DNA from: Candidatus Melainabacteria bacterium 17Bon1m
GTDB lineage: Bacteria; Cyanobacteriota; Vampirovibrionia; Obscuribacterales; Obscuribacteraceae
Length of the DNA: 64,000 nucleotides
Reading direction: 5' to 3'
NCBI GenBank assembly: GCA_032128875.1
Contig: JAVLKG010000014.1
Coordinates: forward strand, 1-64,000
Shown here: positions 60,693 through 64,000 of the stretch, one piece after another
Position numbering within the stretch: position 1 is the stretch's first letter
Layout: each line of letters starts with the position of its first letter
The notes under the pieces: model-generated
Told to the model about the DNA's origin: nothing
Databases searched by the model: none
Seen by the model: only the letters and a program-made list of their open reading frames with translations
Translations under genes and position numbers: made by a program

Positions 60693-61142
60693 ATGGCCAC
60701 CGTGGATAGCGATGGCAGCATTCGATATGTCTACCGGAATTCCATTTGCGAATACACCGGTGGAAACATTCAGACCCGCCTGACGGATGGGTCGCTTGTG
60801 ATATCAAATTCGCAAGGGCAAGCTCTGAGTTTTGAATCAAAGGACGGCATGAAACTCTTGTACGAGTACCAGGGGGCGCCGCCAAAGCTGGCGTGTGTGT
60901 ACTTGCCGGATGACACGCGATTGTGTACAGATCGAGATCTCAACTGGTGTCATGTCAACAATGCCGGAACTATTTTGCGCGATATAGATGGTGAGCCATT
61001 TGTGGCACCGGACGGCAAACTCTGGTTGCGCGGGAAGGATGGAATCTTTCGAATATTTCCAATCGATATCGCCCTGGCTGTTCCAAAGCCGCCGCCGCGA
61101 ACGCAGCTGTTTAGCCCGGTTCCAACAGGCGTGAGAGTTTAG
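60693..61142 (+). CDS. Beta-rich hypothetical protein
   Basis: ORF with repeated xxDGx turns; start uncertain. Confidence 0.55.
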   Translation: MATVDSDGSIRYVYRNSICEYTGGNIQTRLTDGSLVISNSQGQALSFESKDGMKLLYEYQGAPPKLACVYLPDDTRLCTDRDLNWCHVNNAGTILRDIDGEPFVAPDGKLWLRGKDGIFRIFPIDIALAVPKPPPRTQLFSPVPTGVRV

Positions 61143-61612
61143 AAAACGAATTTCAGACCAATAGCAAGTCCAAAGACCGCCCGCACCCTCTGCGAAAATC
61201 AAACTTCTTCAAGTCGCTCTGGATACACGAAGAGCGGCGTTGGCTCACCGATTCCAACCCCGCCCTGCGATGTTTTTCTTCCCAGAATACCGACCGGAGG
61301 AGAGAGAGTTTGGTCGGTCTTTGCACTTTCAATACTAGACAGCAGATGTTTCAGAAGTGTGGCTAAATGTCGGGCGCTCTCACCGAAATGAAAACGCCCG
61401 AGCAAAGGTGATCTGTCACCGATTTCTTGGCGGCAGCAATGAAAATCTCGACGTCGCGTCAAGATACCAGAGTTGGCTCTTGTGCACACATTTACTTCTC
61501 GCATCTGTAATATGGATGCGCATTGCGATGCAAACGCGTGGAGGTTTCGCGTTTTCAAAGTGTGCTCAAATAGCACCGCTTCTAGTTTTTAGTTACCTGT
61601 TGATTCCGATAT

Positions 61613-61822
61613 CTAGCTTTCGGAAGCTGAGCACTTACTACGGAAGAACTTAAATGCTTCGTAGAGGCCGCCCAATCCGACCATACCGTACACGACTTTG
61701 GTCATGGTGGTGCCGTCGCCCAATAGCGCTGTCACTACGTTGTAGTTGAACATCCCTACTAAGCCCCAGTTGATTCCACCGATGAGCAAAAGAACAAATG
61801 CAATTAGCTCAAGATTCTTCAT
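61613..61822 (-). CDS. DUF378 family small membrane protein
   Basis: LLLIGGINWGLVGMFNYNVV..VYGMVGL; AAGGTGA SD. Confidence 0.88.
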   Translation of the reverse strand: MKNLELIAFVLLLIGGINWGLVGMFNYNVVTALLGDGTTMTKVVYGMVGLGGLYEAFKFFRSKCSASES

Positions 61823-62321
61823 TGTTATCACCTTAAGCATCAAATCCGCAAAGCTCGAAACACACACTGTTGAGCTGATTTGCATGCTTACGTACTAGTC
61901 TAGTAGCAAAGCTGCTCAGATGTCAAGAAGGTGAATCCTAGAAATCCCTGACTCTGTGCGGAATAGGGCGTTGCAGTACCGGGTGTGATGGCACGAAGGA
62001 ATTTGATGCGATTCTCCCTAAACGCCCTGTACTGCTTGGTTTTGTCGAATCTCTCCATTCTCCAGTGCCTCGTTTTTGCACCGTTAGATGAACATATAAC
62101 CTGCTCTGTTGGAAGTTTTGGGCACTGCAAAAACTTTTTCTAGCGGGACGTGAGGCAAAATTGTCTTTTTAAGGAAGCTGCAAATTCCCACCTCTATCAG
62201 CCATACGTAATTACTATCCGCGCTCGGATAAAACTGTTGAGCAATCAACTCACTCAGCTCTAACCGGCGCGTAACATAGCCATGGTGTTATGATCCGTGC
62301 CCAGATATGAGCTTGAAAATC

Positions 62322-64000
62322 ATGACAAATCGTTCCAAAACCTTCTTGTGCGCGCTCAGTATTTCTGTGATGGCTGTGGGTGTTTCCGCTGCTAGTCAGC
62401 CGTGTTCGGCTGCAAAGCCCTCCCGGACTGAGACGACAAAGCCCTCGAAAACCGCTGCCGGAGCGACAGAGAATGCCGCTCACGGTTCTTCGCTCGTTCG
62501 TTGGAATGAGTGGAGCGATGAAGTGTTTGCTCGCGCAAAGAAGGAGGGGAAGCTGGTTTTGCTCGACCTTGAAGCTGTCTGGTGCCATTGGTGTCATGTC
62601 ATGGACGAGAAAACGTATGCAGATCCAAGTGTCGCCAAGTTGATGGATAAGAACATCATTGCCGTGAAGGTCGATCAGGACTCGCGTCCCGACTTGTCCA
62701 ACAAGTATGAAAAGTATGGTTGGCCGGCGACAATTATTTTCAACTCTGACGGAAAGGAGCTGGCCAAGCGCTCGGGCTTCATGGACTCGGATGAGTTCAA
62801 GAAGCTTGTGAAACAGCTAGCGGCCAATCCGGACAAGCCAGAACCGGAAGCGGTCGATACCAAAGTCAGCTATTCGTCCAACAATATTTTGACGGACGAG
62901 CAGCGCAAGGACCTGAATTTCAAGCATGTTGACGGCTACGATGCAGAGTTTGGCGGCTGGGGCATCGGCGGTCATAAGTTCCTTGATTGGAACAGTGTTG
63001 AGTATTCCTTGCAGTTAGCCAAGCAAGGCGATAAGGACGCTCTAGAACGCGTCAAGAAAACGCTCGACGCGCATCACAAGCTTCTCGATCCTGTATTCGG
63101 CGGAGTGTATCAGTACTCGACGAACGGCGACTGGGATCATCCCCACTTTGAAAAAATTATGGAAACACAGGCTGAGTGCCTGCGTTTGTACTCTGTTGCC
63201 GGGATGCTACTCAAGGATCAAAAGTACATCGACAGCGCCAAGGCAATCAATAATTACCTGAAGAATTTCATGATGAGCCCTGATGGCGCGTTTTACACCA
63301 GCCAAGATGCTGACCTAAAACCGGGCGAACACTCCGCCGAGTACTTCGCACTTAATGACAAAGAGCGCAGAGCAAAAGGCATTCCGCGCATTGACAAGCA
63401 TGTTTACTCTCGCGAGAACGGCTGGGCTATAAACGCTATTGCCTACCTCTACATGGCCACCGGCGAGGCGGAATACTTAAAGGAAGCGGAGAAAGCGGCT
63501 CAGTGGATCATTTCCAATCGCTCGATAGATGGTGGCGGTTTCCGTCATGATGAAAGCGACAAAGGCGGCCCATATCTCGGAGACACGCTCTCCATGGGAC
63601 GTGCCTTCCTTTCGCTCTATATGGCGACTGGCGACCGGCAGTGGTTAAAGCGGTCGTCGCAGGCGGCGGATTTCATAGAGCAGCACTTCGAGAACAAGAA
63701 GGCGAGCGGAAAACTATCGGCCGGTTTCCTCACTGCTGAGGCGAAAGCTAATTCTAATGCGATTGCAGCGCCAGAACCGCTGTTGGAGGAAAATCAATCC
63801 ATCTGTCGATTTGCTAATTTGCTCAGTCAATACACGGGTGAAGTGAAATACAAGCAGATGTCCGAATCGGCTATGCGCTATCTGTCGACGCCTGAGATTG
63901 TCGCCAAGCGCCGGATTCTCGTAGCCGGAACTTTGATAGCCGATCACGAGATGGCACACTCGCCTGCGCATATCACAGTGGTCGGCAAGAAATCCGACCC
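62322..64000 (+). CDS. Thioredoxin-domain protein (DUF255/YyaL-like), truncated by window end
   Basis: Own translation: signal-like N-terminus, WNEWSDEVFARAKKEGKLVLLDLEAVWCHWCHVMD, PHFEK, GAFYTSQDAD. Absent from the ORF track because it has no stop in the window. Confidence 0.9.
   Translation, partial: MTNRSKTFLCALSISVMAVGVSAASQPCSAAKPSRTETTKPSKTAAGATENAAHGSSLVRWNEWSDEVFARAKKEGKLVLLDLEAVWCHWCHVMDEKTYADPSVAKLMDKNIIAVKVDQDSRPDLSNKYEKYGWPATIIFNSDGKELAKRSGFMDSDEFKKLVKQLAANPDKPEPEAVDTKVSYSSNNILTDEQRKDLNFKHVDGYDAEFGGWGIGGHKFLDWNSVEYSLQLAKQGDKDALERVKKTLDAHHKLLDPVFGGVYQYSTNGDWDHPHFEKIMETQAECLRLYSVAGMLLKDQKYIDSAKAINNYLKNFMMSPDGAFYTSQDADLKPGEHSAEYFALNDKERRAKGIPRIDKHVYSRENGWAINAIAYLYMATGEAEYLKEAEKAAQWIISNRSIDGGGFRHDESDKGGPYLGDTLSMGRAFLSLYMATGDRQWLKRSSQAADFIEQHFENKKASGKLSAGFLTAEAKANSNAIAAPEPLLEENQSICRFANLLSQYTGEVKYKQMSESAMRYLSTPEIVAKRRILVAGTLIADHEMAHSPAHITVVGKKSD

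Noticed and set aside
61199-61653. Short overlapping ORFs on both strands
   Set aside because: No SD, motif or compositional support.

Overview
Bacterial chromosomal window, mostly ~50% GC by eye. The many TPR proteins, OmpR-type regulators and lineage-style hypotheticals suggest Vampirovibrionia/Melainabacteria (Obscuribacterales-like); this is inference only. Core content: leuA; an ilvD-ilvC-ilvG-ilvM-cimA-leuC-leuD-leuB operon; a complete trpEGDCFBA operon; peptidases, oxidoreductases, two-component genes and TPR proteins. Main observations: (1) an M28 peptidase gene with extreme codon bias lies between ~80-nt 5' and 3' flanks that are complementary to each other, with a G-U pair and bulges, which would close the mRNA into a panhandle; (2) three unannotated leader-peptide attenuators (Leu-rich, Ile/Val/Leu-rich, WWRW) each have mutually exclusive terminator and antiterminator helices; (3) several GTAG/GTGG REP-like palindrome families, some read in frame inside LeuC and TrpC and some supplying stop codons; (4) unusual proteins: tandem MshEN-like repeats plus TPR, VIT-vWA fused to a VirB6-like membrane domain, and a cryptic papain-like protease. 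No rRNA, tRNA, CRISPR array or transposase was recognised.
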